Assembly (NCBI RefSeq): GCF_963921235.1
Contig: NC_086108.1
Span: 45,510,001 to 45,574,000, forward strand
Length of the DNA stretch: 64,000 nt
Direction: 5' to 3'
From: Mobula hypostoma
Taxonomy: Eukaryota
Shown here: piece by piece, positions 13,470 through 25,901 of the stretch
Layout: each line of letters starts with the position of its first letter
Position numbering within the stretch: position 1 is the stretch's first letter
Position numbers and translations under genes: made by a program
Notes under the pieces: generated by a model
What the model was told of the DNA's origin: nothing
What the model saw: the letters and a program-made list of their open reading frames with translations, nothing else
Databases searched by the model: none

Positions 13470-14128
13470 AAAACAACCTGGAAGAACTGCAGAATAAAAT
13501 TGAACAGTATTTTCCTCCCTTTCAACACAAGTGCATGACTGGGTGAGGGATCCTTCTTCTAAATCTTCTGCTCAGCCTGAGAACTTGACTTTGAGAGAAG
13601 AGGAAGAACTCTGTGAGCTGCACTCTGATCATGCAATCAAGATGAGATTTACTGACCTTCCCCTGAACAAGTTCTGGATTTCTGTGAAAGAAGAGTATCC
13701 TGCCATTCACAGGAAAGCAATGAATATTTTGCTGCAGTGTTCAGCTTCTTACATGTGTGAGCAAGCTTTGTTCTTGTTTAACAAGGATCAAGAGCAAGGA
13801 TAGAAATTGTCTAATTTTTATATAGAAGCTGAAATCTAAATGTACTTATCTCAAGTTTGACCCAGGATTGAGAAATTTATTATGTTTGCCTTATGAGTTT
13901 TTAAAAATTATTAAAGGGAAAGAGATTAATTTCAAGGAAGGTTTTCTAAAAATTCATTCTCTTCTCAGAAGAGCATTGACAATTACTTTTCAATTATTAT
14001 ATATACAACTCGCTGATCTTGATAATGTACCAAGAGCTATAAATATAATAATTTTTATGCAGGTGTTCCCTGAGACCTGAAACTTATTTCAAGTGTTCCT
14101 CCAGGGCAAAAAGGTTGAGAAAGGCTGA
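13470..14128 (+). mobile_element. hAT (Charlie/Buster-like) transposon 3' fragment
   Basis: ORF 13531-13803 is an hAT dimerisation domain (FWISVKEEYPAIHRKAMNILL...SYMCEQ). The end AAAAGGTTGAGAAAGGCTG is TIR-like. Confidence 0.8.
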
Positions 14129-15509
14129 CCTAACGCAAAGGAGAATCAGGAGAGATTTGATAGAGGCATACAAAATTATGAGGGATAATGATAGATAAAT
14201 GCATGCAGGCTCTTTCCAAGCAAGTTGAGGGAGTCCAAAACTAGAGGCATGGGTTAAGGGTGAAAGGTGAAATGTCTAAGGGGAACTTCTTCACTCAGAA
14301 GCTAGTGAGAGTGTGGACTGAGCTGCCAGTGGAAGTGGCGGATGTGGGTTCTATTTCAACATTAAAGAGAAATTTGGATAAATACATGGATGGGAGGAGT
14401 ATTGAGAACTATGATCCAGGTGCTGATTGATGGTACTAGGCAGATTAATAGTTTGGCATGGACTAGATATGCCAGAGGCCTGTTCTGTGCTATAATGTTC
14501 ATGACTCTATACTGTCTGACCAGTCTAGTTCTTCCACCAGTTTGTTTCTTGCTCCAGATTCCAGCATCCACAATCTCTTTCATTAAACATTTGACCAATT
14601 ATGGTGTAAAGGCATCCTGGTAAAACAGAGATCTCTGAAACACTCAGTGGCTTGAGTCATACATTGCACAAAGGAAGGTTATTTGGTTGTCAGAAATCAA
14701 CTGAAATCAACTTCATTGCATGAGTTCCTTGGATCAGTGACTAGGTCCAAGCAGATATTTCATCATTGAATTCCTTCATAAGGTGAGAAATCAGTGAGAT
14801 AATTGAACAATGTTCAATTCATTCATTGTTGTCTAAAGCAAGGCCAAGATGACATTCAGGCATTGGCTGTTGAATGGCAAGCATTAATACCTCAAACTTG
14901 TGAGGAAATGGCCAAGAAGACATTAAATAGTATTACCATCACTGAGATACCATCAATATTCTGGGAGTTACCATTGACCATCAGCTGGACCAACCACAAA
15001 AATACCGTGGCTACAAAAGCAGGTTAGAGGTTGTAGTGAGTAACTCTTCTCCTGATTCATGTCAGGAATGGAATGAAATACACACCAGTTTCTTGGATGA
15101 ATACAGCCCCAATAGTTTTGGAGACCAGCTGGTTCTGCTATAAGTAGAGAAGATGAGTCACACATCAGCAGCCTTTGCTCCAGGGAAAATAAACCCAGCC
15201 TTTCTAATCTCTCCCCATAGGTAAAGTCCTCCAGTCAGGACAACAATCATGTGATTGTCAGCTTCACTACCACTAGTACAAACTCAATCTTCCTATAGTT
15301 TGGTTACTAGAAGTGCATGTAATACTTCAAATGCCAATTAACCAGTGGTTAGTAATGTTGCAACATTATGTACCAACTTTCATATTCTATGCTTCAGACC
15401 ATGCCGATAAGCATGGCATACTTTTTCACCTGTCTAAATACTTGCATTGCCACTTTCAGAACACAATAAACTTGAGCCCCAATGTCAAGCTGTACATCAA
15501 CAATCCTAC

Positions 15510-16031
15510 CATTTCCTTCCTAAATCCAGGAACTCTCTTACTAAAAGCATTCGTGGGATCAGCTTCAGGAGTTCAAGAGATTAGCTCACCCATACGTTCT
15601 CATAGAATGGGTTGTACATGCTGGCCTTGCAGTTCAATAAATTCCAGTAAGTCAACAGGCTTAGTTTCCTGGTTAGTTTTGGTTAAATTCACATTTTCAA
15701 TGGCAATAAAATTTCTAACTACAGTACTTCTGCTCACTCTACCCAATGCCTACTTTCCAGGAGTCACTTGGAGTGAGTGTAGCAATCTTACTCAATTTAC
15801 TTTCATATGGGTTTCTACATCCTGCATTTCAATCATTTGTATTGAAAGGTGTATAGTATGTATGGTGCCAATGTAGTGCCAGAAGCATGGTGAAATGATT
15901 AGGATAATAATCACTTCCCCATTTCCTAACAGATTTGCTTGCTCTCCCACAGGAATATTGATTTGACATAAGCTTTCTCACTGAATATAGCACAAAGGTT
16001 TTGTACTGTCTAGTATTCCTGAAACTGCCAA
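15510..16031 (-). pseudogene. gag: Endogenous foamy virus gag N-terminal domain, decayed
   Basis: One frame with a few stops: (TTG)AVSG...NIP...GEVIIILIISPCFWHYIGTIHTIHLSIQ (cf. PFV NIPRNPLHGEVIGLRLTEGWWGQIERFQMVRLILQ), LLHSLQVTPGK*ALG (FQDLDLPEGPLRFG), DLLEFIELQ (NLLELYEVE). Confidence 0.65.
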
Positions 16032-16189
16032 TATTAAATAGTGGGAAATTAATTAAATTTCTAGTTTCTCTGTTAACTCAATGAAGTTTTGTTGATTACA
16101 ATCTCATTTTGTTGGGAAAGAATTCAATGCTAAATTCCATTAGTACCAGAAGCTAAAAAAATTGACTTAAAACCTTGCAAAGGAAACTG

Positions 16190-17003
16190 CAGAGAACAGC
16201 TAACCAGTTCCAAGTTTTTGGAAAAGAATGAGTAAAATTAATTTTAGCTTCACTTGACGTTCTCTGAGGAAAATAGCTATTTTATGGCTCCTGGCTGCCT
16301 TCAGTGGAAGATTTCAATCTTGGGAAAGAAAGAATAAGTGAAAATGTGTTGAAGCATAGCTATTCAACTTTCAAAGCATGCTTAAATATATTTCTCTTGC
16401 AGGTTTTCTCTCAAAATTTCTCCCATTTCATTCTCAAGCACTGAAGTGAGTGGGAAATCTATCAATAAAGTCAGTACCTTACTTCCTCGGTGAAAACAAC
16501 TGTTCTTGCAATCCAAAATAGTTGTGTTTTGTGGAGAATTTGCAGGCAATGTTGATCCTGTTTTCACTTGATACCAGATCCATGCTTTCTTAAAGAAGAT
16601 AGTGATCATGATTTTGACCTCAAGTTGACTTTCCCTTTCATACGCAATTAGAACTCTATATGCTCCCAACTTGGTTATTCCAGAAAGCAGGATGTGGATT
16701 ATTGAGCAACTGAAGATGTGAAAGTTGGTTTGACAAACTCTCATGTGGTGAAACCATGAAACAGGATTTCCGCACATGTAGCAATTAAAATGGGCAATGT
16801 TATAAAGATTGAAAGCAATTTTAGTAGTGGAGTGGATGTGGACAAGAGAGCTGTGTTCAGAATGGTATAGGGTGCTAAATTTTGAAACAACTCACTAACA
16901 TTGAGATGGGCTAGTGACGGTTGATATGATCAGAGGCTAATGGTACTTCTGGAGGTTTGTGGGAAGACTTGACAGGGATGCACTTCTTTTTGTTCACATT
17001 CAT
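16190..17003 (-). pseudogene. env: Endogenous foamy virus env fragment B (leader peptide and start of SU)
   Basis: ATG at 17003 follows a strong pyrimidine-rich acceptor. LSTSTPLLKLLSIFITLPILIATC is a hydrophobic leader (cf. CATSSRVLAWMFLVCILLIIVLVSC). Also VKPTFTSSVAQ (LGPVIDWNVTQ), LTSVLENEMGEI (LTEMVNEEMQSL) and QEKYI*ACFE (QEQYIHRKCYQ). Confidence 0.7.
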
Positions 17004-17144
17004 ATCTTTAAAGAAAACGAAAATAAAATAAAGAACTTAATTCTGGCTCTGCTAGAATATAAAAAATCTAAACATACTGTATTTTGCAACCAAAACACAA
17101 AGTATTGACCAGCAATGAAGAGCAATAAACATTCACAACAAGGA

Positions 17145-18435
17145 GATGGCTATGGACTGATTAAGAATAGTCAGCATGGCTTTGTGCATGGCAGGTCATG
17201 TCTAACCAATACTATAGAGTTTCTTGAGGCCGTTACCGGGAAAGTTGATGAAGGCAAGGCAGTGGATGTTGTCCACATGAATTTCAGCAAGGCTTTCGAT
17301 AAGGGTCTGCGTGGGAGATTAGTCAAGAAGGTTCAGTCGCTCGGCATTCAAGATGAGGTAGTAGATTGGATTAGACATTGACTTTGTGGGAGAAGCCAGA
17401 GGGTGGTAGCAGATGATTGCCCCTCTGACTGGAGACCTGTGACTAGTTGTGTGCCACAGGGATCGGTGCTGGGTCTGTTTGTGTTTATTATCTTTATCAA
17501 TGATCTGGATGGTAATGTGGTTAAATGGATCAGCAAATTTGCGGATGACACCAAGATTAGGGGTGTAGTGGACAGTGAGGAAGGCTTTCATGGCTTGCAG
17601 AGAGATCTGCATCAGCTGGAAAAATGGGCTGAAAAATGGCAGATGAAATTTTATTGCAGACAAGTGTGAGGTGTTACACTTCGGTAGGTTTTATACTGTG
17701 AACGGAAGGGCACTGAGTAATATGGTAGAATAAAGGGATCTGGGAATATGGGTCCATAATCCGTTGAAAGTTGCATCACGGGTAGACAGGATGATAAATA
17801 AAGCTTTGGGCACATTGTCCTTTATAACTCAAACTATTATGTATATGAGATGGGATGTTATGTTGAAGTTGCCTAAGACATTGGTGAGGCCTAATTTGGA
17901 GTATTGTGTGCAGGTTTGATCACTTACCTACAGGAAAGTTGTAAATAAGGTTGAAAGAGTAGAGGGAAAATTTACAAGGACGTTGCCGGGTCTGGAAGAT
18001 CAGAGTTATAAGGAAAGATTGAATAGGTTAGGACTTTATGCCTTGAAATGTAAAAGATCAAGAGGAGATTTGATAGAGGTATACAAAATTATGAGGAGTA
18101 TAGATAGGGTAAGTGCAAGCAGGCTTTTTCCACTGAGGTTGGGTGGGACCACAACTAGAGATGATGAGTTAAGGCTGAAAGGTGAAAGGTTTGAGGGGAA
18201 CATGAGGGGAAACTTCTTCACTCGGTGTGCCCTGAGGGTGTGGAACAAGCTGCCAGTCCTAGTGCATGCGAGCTCAATTTCAACATTCAAGAGAAGTTTC
18301 GTTAGGAACATGGATGGTAGGGGTATGGAGGGCTATGGCCCAGGTGGAGGTCGAAGGGAGTAGGCAGTTTAAATGGTTCAGCACAGACTGGATGGGCTGA
18401 AGGGCCTTTCTGTGCTGTATTTTTCTATGGCTCTG
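17145..18435 (+). mobile_element. CR1 LINE 3' half, decayed
   Basis: SQHGFVHGRSCLTN, PQGSVLG, KFADDTK and RGDLIEVYKIM motifs, with a CR1 3' tail. Confidence 0.9.
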
Positions 18436-18699
18436 TAGCCACATTAAAACCAAAACTAATCGTTCACTCATATATAGAAATGAACCTTGAACTTCTGTGG
18501 ATTTCCTCTGGCTGTTTCGGTTTCCTCCCACAGTCCAAAGACATACCAGTTGGTAGGTTAATTAGTCATTGTAAGTTGTCCTGTGATTGGGCTAGGGTTA
18601 GATTGGGGGATTGCTGGGTGGTGTGGCTCAAAGGGCTGAAAGGGTTCATTCCATGCTGCATGTCAATAAATAAAATGCATATATTAAAAAAAATTAAAT

Positions 18700-19860
18700 A
18701 TAGTAGTGCAAAAAGAGACCAGAAAAAACCCTGAGGTAGTGTATATGGGTTCATTGTCCATTCAGAGATCTGATGTTGGAGGGAAAGAAACTGTTCCAAA
18801 AACAAAGAGTGCGTGTCTTCAGGCTCCTGTGCTTACTCCTTGATGGTAGCAGCGAGAAGCGAGCATGTCCTGAGTAACGGGGGTCCCTCATGACAGATGC
18901 TGCCTTTTTGAGGCATTGTCTTTTGAAGGTGTCCGTGATGCTGGGAGGCTGGTTCCCATGATGGAGGCCGGCTGAGTTTGCAGCCTCTGAAGCTTTTTCT
19001 AATCCCGTGCAGTGGCCTCTCCAATGCAACCAGTTAGAATGTCCTCCACAGTACTCCAGTCGAAACTTGCAAGAGTTTTTGGTGACAGGTCAAGTCCCCT
19101 CAAACTCCTAATGAAATATAGTTGCTGTTGTGCCTTCTTTGTAAATGCATCAATATGTTGGGCCCAGGATAGATCTTCAGAGATGTTGACACGTGGGAAT
19201 TTGAAACTGCTCGCCCTTTCCACTGCTGAAGGACACTTCATGAGAACGGGTGTGTGTTCCCTTGACTCTTCCTTCCTGAAGTCCACAATCTATTCCTTGA
19301 GCACTGACGTTGAGTGCTGGTCCTGGACTTATTTCCATCTGGCATAGTTTGAATATTGTTGGTTAATTGTTTGTGGTTATTGTATTGCTATATTTATGCT
19401 CTATTCTTGGTTGGTGCAGCTGTAACAAAACCCAATTTCCCTCGGGATCAATAAAGTATGTCTATCTATCTATGTATCTATCTATCTATAAAGTTGCTGT
19501 TTCGACACCATTCAGCCAGTTGATATATCTCACCCCTGTATAACTTCTCCTCTCCATCTTAACTTCTGTCAACTACAGATGTGTCATCGGCAAATGTATA
19601 GATGGTGTTTGAGCTGTGCCTAGCCACACAGTTGAGGATGTAGAGCGATTAGAGCAGTGGGCTAAGCACACATCTTTGAGGTGCAGTAGTGTTGATTGTC
19701 AGGGAGGAGGAGATGTTATTTTTGATCTCCACTGGCTGTGATCTCCTGATGAGGAAGTCAGGGATCCAGCTGCAGAGGGAGGTACACAGGCCCAGGATCT
19801 GGAGCTTGTTGATTAGTACTGATGGTATGATGATGTTAAGTAACACCATGGTCCACATCA
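18700..19860 (-). mobile_element. Rex1/Babar LINE fragment
   Basis: Minus-strand ORFs with DLSWAQHID, KKAQQQLYFIRSL and PQRCVLSPLL. Confidence 0.8.
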
Positions 19861-19941
19861 TTTATTTTATCCTTCATAAATTTTCAATTTCAAGTGAGTG
19901 GGAAGTGGTGCAGTAGCTTGGCTCCTAGTTGTATTACAAAT

Positions 19942-20068
19942 TGTTGGGCATATTGTCCTGAGGTCTGCAGTGAGTGGCAAGCTGCCCTTACTCACCACTG
20001 ATCTAATATTCACTCAGGAATTTATCTTAAAGTTGTCCTTCCTGTGGGTATCCTCCTTGTCTGCTCAG
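19942..20068 (-). promoter_or_regulatory. Possible foamy U5 end plus decayed tRNA-Lys primer-binding site
   Basis: Minus strand reads ...GAGTAAGGG...CAGGACA AT ATGCCCAACA. This resembles the foamy LTR end (GACA) plus AT plus TGGCGCCCAACG after CpG decay and a short deletion. Confidence 0.35.
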
Positions 20069-21850
20069 GAGAGTGAACCCTCGCAAGGCAGCAGGCCCCT
20101 GCGGAGTACTTGGTAAGACTCTGAAAACTTCTGGCAACCAACTGGCAGAGGTGTTCAAAGACATTTTCAGTCTCTCATTGCTACAGTCAGAAGTTCCCAC
20201 CTGCTTTAAAAAGTCAACAATGACACCAGTGCCCAAGCAGAGCAGTGTGAGCTGCCTTAACAACCATTGTCCAGTCGCGCTCACATCTACGGTGGTGAAG
20301 TGCTTTGAGAGGTTGGTCGTGGCTAGAATCAACTCAATCCTCAGCAAGGATATGGACCCACTGCAACTTGTCTATTGCCACAATATGTCTATGGTGGACA
20401 ATATCTCACTGGCTCTCCACACGGCCTTGGATCACCTGGACAATACAAATACCTATGTAAGTCAGGAACATTTATTGACTACAGTTCAGTGTTTTAATTT
20501 GGGGATCAAATCCTTATTGCATCATCAGACCTGATGTGCCATCTTCAAAGTTCAAAGTAAAGTTTATTATCAGAGTACATACACGTCACAATATACAACA
20601 TTGAGATTCTTTTCCTACAGTTCTGATGGAAAGGCAACGGAATCTGGACCTTCCTCTGCAATCAAATCCAAATGACCACAATTTGTGTGGATTGGAAATA
20701 ACATCTTCACCTCACTGACAATCAACACTGGTGCACCTTAGGGATGTATGCTTAGTCCACTGCTCTACTCCCTCTACACCCGTAACTGCGTGGCTAGGCG
20801 CAGCTCAAATACCATCTATAAATTTGCTGATGATACAACCATTGTCGGCAGAATCTCAGATGTTGACAAGAGGGTGTACAGGAGCAAAATATACCAGCTA
20901 GTTGAGTGGTGCTGCAGCAACATCCTTGCACTCAACATCAGTAAGAACAAAGAACTGATTGTGGACTTCAGAAATGGTAAGATGAGGGAACAAACACCAG
21001 TCTTCACAGAGGGATCAGCAGTGGATAACGTGAGCAATTTCAAGTTCCTGTCTATTAATATCTCTGAGGAGCTAACCGGGCCCCAACATATTGATACAGG
21101 TATAAAGAAGGCAAGACAGTGGCTACATTTCATTCGGAGTCTGAGGACATTTGGTATGTCACCGAAAACACTGGCAAATTTCTGCAGAAGTACCCTGGAG
21201 AGCATTCTAACTGGCTGCATCACCATCTTGTATGGGGGCAGGGGGTCTTCTGTCCAGGATCGAAGTAGGCGGCAGAGAATTGTAAAATTAGTCAGCTCCC
21301 TCATGGGTACCAGCCTCTGTCGTATCCAAGGCATCATCAGAGAGCGGTGCCTCAAAAAGGCAGCTTCCATCATTAGGGACCCCCACCACCTGTCATAAGG
21401 CGGTGGCTGGGAACGGACCCAAGTGCAAGACACAGACACTGAAGGACTAGGGACAGGACTAGGATACAGGGTGATGGCAAGGACATGAACAGGAAAACCA
21501 GGAACCTGGAACAGGACTGGGCGAGAGAGCTAGGCAACTGATGCTCATTGGGGTTGGCTGCATAAATACCTTCAGAGACCCAGGCATGGTGGCTGGATTG
21601 TTCTTGTCCTTACTCCTTGTATCCCTTGCTCTGCCTTCTGTTTCCTTGCCTGAACATGGCTCAACAAGAACAGAAACAGGATAGATAGGAAAACCTGGAG
21701 CAAGGGTCGATAGACCGGACCGTGAACCGGAATACGGACTTCATGGACCGGACCATGACACCTCCCAGGACATGTCCTCTTCTCATTGGTGCCATCAGGA
21801 AGGAGGTATAGAATCCTGAAGGCACACACTTAACAATTCAGGAATAACTG
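20068..21850 (+). mobile_element. Rex1/Babar LINE fragment containing a solo LTR
   Basis: ORFs 20073-20534 (NPRKAAGP, PVALTSTVVKCFERLV) and 20748-21398 (LSPLLYSLYT, KFADDT). Confidence 0.88.
21391..21760 (-). mobile_element. Short solo LTR (family of 38194-39317)
   Basis: TGTCA...TGACA termini. Both ends are the reverse complement of the ends of the 38194 LTR. It interrupts the LINE at the DPHHP/GH motif. Confidence 0.8.
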
Positions 21851-22339
21851 AGTACAGGAATTCAGGTACATGGGGAAAAAGCAAAATGCACAAAATGCAC
21901 AAAATGCAACAGTACAAGGTAAATTTTAGATTCATTTTCTCGTGAGTATACTCAAAAATCTATAAAATAGTAACTATAACAGACTCAATGAACGATCGCC
22001 AAACTAGGGCTTTCAACCAGAGTGCAGAAGACAACAAACTGTGCAAATGCAAAAAGAAGAAACAATAATATAAAAATATATAATATTATAATAAATAAAT
22101 AGATGGATAGATAAATAAATAAATATTGAGAGCATGAGATGAAGAGTCCTTGAAAGTGAGTCCATTGGTTGTGGGCACTAATTACAGGCGGAAGAAGTAA
22201 TGGGACTTGTTTTAACTGCTATTCTCTCATCTGATTTCTATCAGATTAAGCATTTAAAATCAAGGCTTTAATTCTGTGGTCTCGCATCTCACAATCTAAC
22301 AATGCAACTTTGCCATGTTAAAAAAAAGCTTAACTAAAT

Positions 22340-23415
22340 AGTTGCATAATTGAATACTGTCTAAAGTCTTTGTCTGTCTGGGAAGCAGCAGCTACCCCAT
22401 CACTGCCAAGGACACAAACCAATTATCCACAACCAGTGCTGGAGACAAGTACCCCATCAATTACCCTACCTAAGAGGATTATGGCATTAGCCTCCTGAAG
22501 ACAATGGATAGTGTGAGCAAAACCCTGCCATCTTCTTCCACAAATAAAAGATACAAAGCAACCCAATGTGCAACTTCTGAATCCAAAATATGGCACACAT
22601 CCCATCAATCTGTCTATTAGGAGTTGTTGCTGGAGACGTCTCCTTTCTCTATATGCAATTTCTGAAGGTCTTTGAATGGATTGGCAAACTAGGCATCTGC
22701 ACATGAGGTTTTCATTTACACAAAAGCCCAAAGCTAGCCACAGACATTATATCAATATGCAATGGGCAGTTCTAGAACGTGCATCTTTACTTGGATGTTA
22801 GTGGAGGAATCAGCTCTAATACCTCCCACGGATATGAGAAGTCTGCCGAAATGTGCCTTCGGAAAACTGAAGAGTGCCTGTGAAAATTATTATGAGAGAG
22901 TAAAGAAGGAAAACGTATTGATTCAATCATTTTAATGTTTACTTACTGACAGCAGTAGAGATAATACATTACCAATTTCCATAAACTTACAGATTTTACT
23001 AATGTACCTATTTAAAACTACTAGTTGAAGAACTGAATTAAATGAAGTGTCCAGCCCTTTTTAATTTTGCCTTTGCTCCGTATTATGAATAGGTTAATTA
23101 GTATTGTTTAATATGATTAATTACTCTTGTTTGAAATAAAAACAACTCTCCAGTTACTGGTTAAATATTTTCAGGGAAACCTATCAGCCAGCAGACTTAA
23201 CACTTGGTGATTAGCTTAGATTGGAACCGAGCAAGGAGCAGCTTCTTGCATTCTGAATATCATTAAGAATTGATCGATGAGACCTAGGAGTGTTTAGAAA
23301 AATAAATATTTTCCTTGTACTTTCAGGAATAAAATAATATTGGTACTCTTTGCTGGTGTTTTATTTTAAACTGTTTCAGTATTAAATGCAAAGTATTCAC
23401 TAGGGTCACTAGGGT
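22340..23415 (-). pseudogene. env: Endogenous foamy virus env fragment C (end of SU, cleavage site, TM through membrane anchor)
   Basis: Collinear pieces: TLVNTLHLIL..KTPAKEY (TVLFSLKNFL..GTPVNEM), RSHR|SILNDIQNARS at 23285-23274 (RKRR|SVDNNYAKLRS), QVLSLLAD (QTLSQISD), GELFLFQTRVI (GIYLLRDHVI), FSYPWEVL (IAHPYEII), NCPLHID (DCPVWAE), ILDSEVAHWV (IHEGDTPAWI), then hydrophobic HWLWIIGL..VSLAVMG. Confidence 0.72.
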
Positions 23416-23429
23416 TTCATGTGGAAACG

Positions 23430-25378
23430 CTAAATAAGAATGTGTTCTGTTTTATATTGGGTTTGGTCCTCCCTGCCAAGGAGAAGATAATTCCAGCTAA
23501 CAAAATAGTTTAACACACAGTCCATTTCTTTTCAGTGATACACATTCTATAAAACACATTTAAAACTCACAGAGAATTTCTAACTTAAACAATTATTTCC
23601 CAATTACAAACTATTTCTAAAACATTTCTTAAACTCAAAGGATTTCCAAAACTTAGGTACAATTGCTGTAAACTAAAACAACATATCATGATGCCGATGA
23701 GTCATTCGTCCTTCACAGAAACTGAAGCTAAAGGAATAGATTCTATTCACCCCATCTTCCTATCATTTTTCTTGATGTTCTTCAATCACTCCTAATAAGC
23801 CTGAACTGATCTCTATATCTATACCTTTTTTTCTGTCACTTGGGTGACTTCACATGCATATGATATTTCCTCAGATGCCCTTTCAACACAAACGGTCTAA
23901 AAACACTTTGGAGACATAGTTCTTATACTTTATACTTCATACTTTATTGTCGCCAAACAATTGGTACTAGAACGTACAATCATCACAACGATATTTGATT
24001 CTGCGCTTCATACTCCCTGGATTACAAGTATTAAATATTAAAGATATTAAAAATAGTTAAAATTAGTAAATATTAAAAATTTAAATTATAAATCATAAAT
24101 AGAAAATAGAAAAATGGGAAGTAAGGTAGTGCAAAAAAACCGAGAGGCAGGTCCGGATATTTGGAGGGTATGGCCCAGATCTGGGTCAGGATCCGTTCAG
24201 CAGTCTTATCACAGTTGGAAAGAAGCTGTTCCTAAATCTGGCCGTACAAGTCTTCAAGCTCCTGAACCTCCTCACGGAGGTAAGAGGGACGAAAAGTCTG
24301 TTGGCTGGGTGGGTTGTGTCCCTGATTATCTTGGCAGAACTGCTCCGACAGCGTTCGGTGTAAAGTGAGTCCACTGATGGAAGATTGGTTTGTGTGATGT
24401 GCTGTGCCGTGTTCACGATCTTCTGCAGCTTCCTTCGGTCTTGGACAGGACAACTTCCATACCAGGTTGTGATGCACCCTAGAAGAATGCTTTCTACGGT
24501 GCATCTATAAAAATTAGTGAGGGTTTTAGGAGACAGGCCAAATTTCTTTAGTTTTCTCAGGAAGTAAAGGCGCTGGTGGGCCTTCTTGGCAGTGCACTCT
24601 GCATGGTTGGACCAAGTCAGGTCACTTGTGGTATTGACTCCGAGGAACTTAAAGCTTTTGACCTGTTCCACTTGTGCACCACCGATGTAAATTGGGTCAT
24701 GTTGTCCGCTACTCCTTCTGAAGTCAACAACCAATTCCTTCGTCTTGCTGACGTTGAGGGATAGGTTATTGTCTTCGCACCATGCCACCAGGTTCTTAAT
24801 TTCCTCTCGGTACTCAAACTCATCATTACCCGAGATGCTACCTACTATTAATGTTTCAAAGCTGTGAAACTAACTTCCTTCAGTACATAAAACCTTCCAA
24901 TTGTAAACACATCATAGTTACAGATACACTAAATAATATTATCCGTTTGTTCTTCAAGCTTCCTTGAACCAAACAACTTAAGAATCAACTTGTCTGTTTG
25001 AAACAATCCAAATTAAACAACCCATTGTCTTAGCAACACACACAAAAAATTCTGGTGAACGCAGCAGTCCAGGCAGCATCCATAGGAAGAAGCACAGTCA
25101 ACATTTCAGGCTGAGACCCTTCGTCAGGACTAACTGAAAGAAGAGATAGTACTGGTCTTTAGACAATACTTGTTTTAAGCCCAAGGTGATTAGTGCTTTC
25201 CATTTACATTTCAAGAACTGTAGACAGACTTCCCTTTACAACCAGAAGTCAAACAACTGTTAGTTGGAAATGTATTTATATCTATTTGTGATCTTACAAG
25301 TGGCAGGTACCGTGATTAGAAAGCAAGATTAGGTAATGACCAAGAGGCCTACTGGCCATGAAGTGAATATCCATCACA
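23430..25378 (-). mobile_element. Foamy-type LTR U3 (about 0.9 kb once the nested LINE and Penelope pieces are removed)
   Basis: Begins TGTGATGG at 25378 directly after a purine tract (cf. PFV AGGAGAGGG|TGTGGTGG). It has an AP-1 site TGACTCA (23698-23704) and TATAAAA (23450-23456). A second partial copy lies at 35146-35308. Confidence 0.6.
23925..24845 (-). mobile_element. Young 5'-truncated Rex1/Babar LINE inserted in the foamy U3
   Basis: Uninterrupted 200-aa ORF 24186-24788 (WCEDNNLSLNVSKTKELVVDFR...RFRNSFFP). The flanks are contiguous in the second LTR copy at about 35205-35215. Confidence 0.92.
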
Positions 25379-25398
25379 ACCTCTCTCCCCCCACCCCC
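25379..25398 (-). promoter_or_regulatory. Polypurine tract
   Basis: Minus strand GGGGGTGGGGGGAGAGAGGT immediately precedes TGTGATGG. Confidence 0.65.
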
Positions 25399-25901
25399 AA
25401 CTGCTAAGTGAAGATTTCTAACCCAGATTTTTCTTACCAAAATCAGCTTGGAGATCAAAACTTCTGCCCAGGCTCCTCTTGGCAACAGACCATCACACCT
25501 CTATTGATTCCAGTAGATTGCCAGAGCTAGTAAAGGCTCTCTTTGCTCTTCAATCTGATGCTCAAAAGTAAGCATTAAGTACTTCCCAATGTAATCCTTG
25601 TGTAATTTTCTCGTGAGAGTATTCACTTCTTCAATCTCAGTTGGTCACTTTTCCCAAATCTCAGAATCTGAATCAAAGGAATCTCAAAAAAAGTCACCAT
25701 TATAATTTCATAAACACATGACCGTAATGTATCAATGTCTATATTATAAGTCCATCTTAGTTTACCTTTAAAATCTTCTTCCCACAAACAGTTCTTGTCA
25801 TTTTCTTGACGCAAATTCAAATCACTGTCTCTGTCACCATTTTTCATCAGATCAGCTGTCAATGTCTCTCAATAAGCTGAAGGTAATTCATCTCTTTCCA
25901 T
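25380..25901 (-). pseudogene. Decayed accessory ORF upstream of the PPT, running toward U3 (bel2 position)
   Basis: MERDELPSAY*ETLTADLMKN...CLWEEDFKGKLRWTYNIDIDTLRSCVYEII, then after a frameshift EIEEVNTLTRKLHKDYIGKYLMLTFEHQIEEQREPLLALAIYW...LPRGAWAEVLISKL. Long open stretches, but no family recognised. Confidence 0.45.

Noticed and set aside
16400..17110. Plus-strand decayed ORF or micro-exon
   Set aside because: Better explained as the antisense of env B.
22380..22780. Plus-strand Gag-capsid-like reading (VFEWIGK..ASA..PKLATDII)
   Set aside because: The minus strand gives a longer, collinear Env TM match over about 1 kb, so the Gag resemblance is probably chance.
23360..23365. AATAAA as the LTR poly(A) signal
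   Set aside because: It falls inside sequence that reads as late SU of env C; R and U5 appear deleted here.
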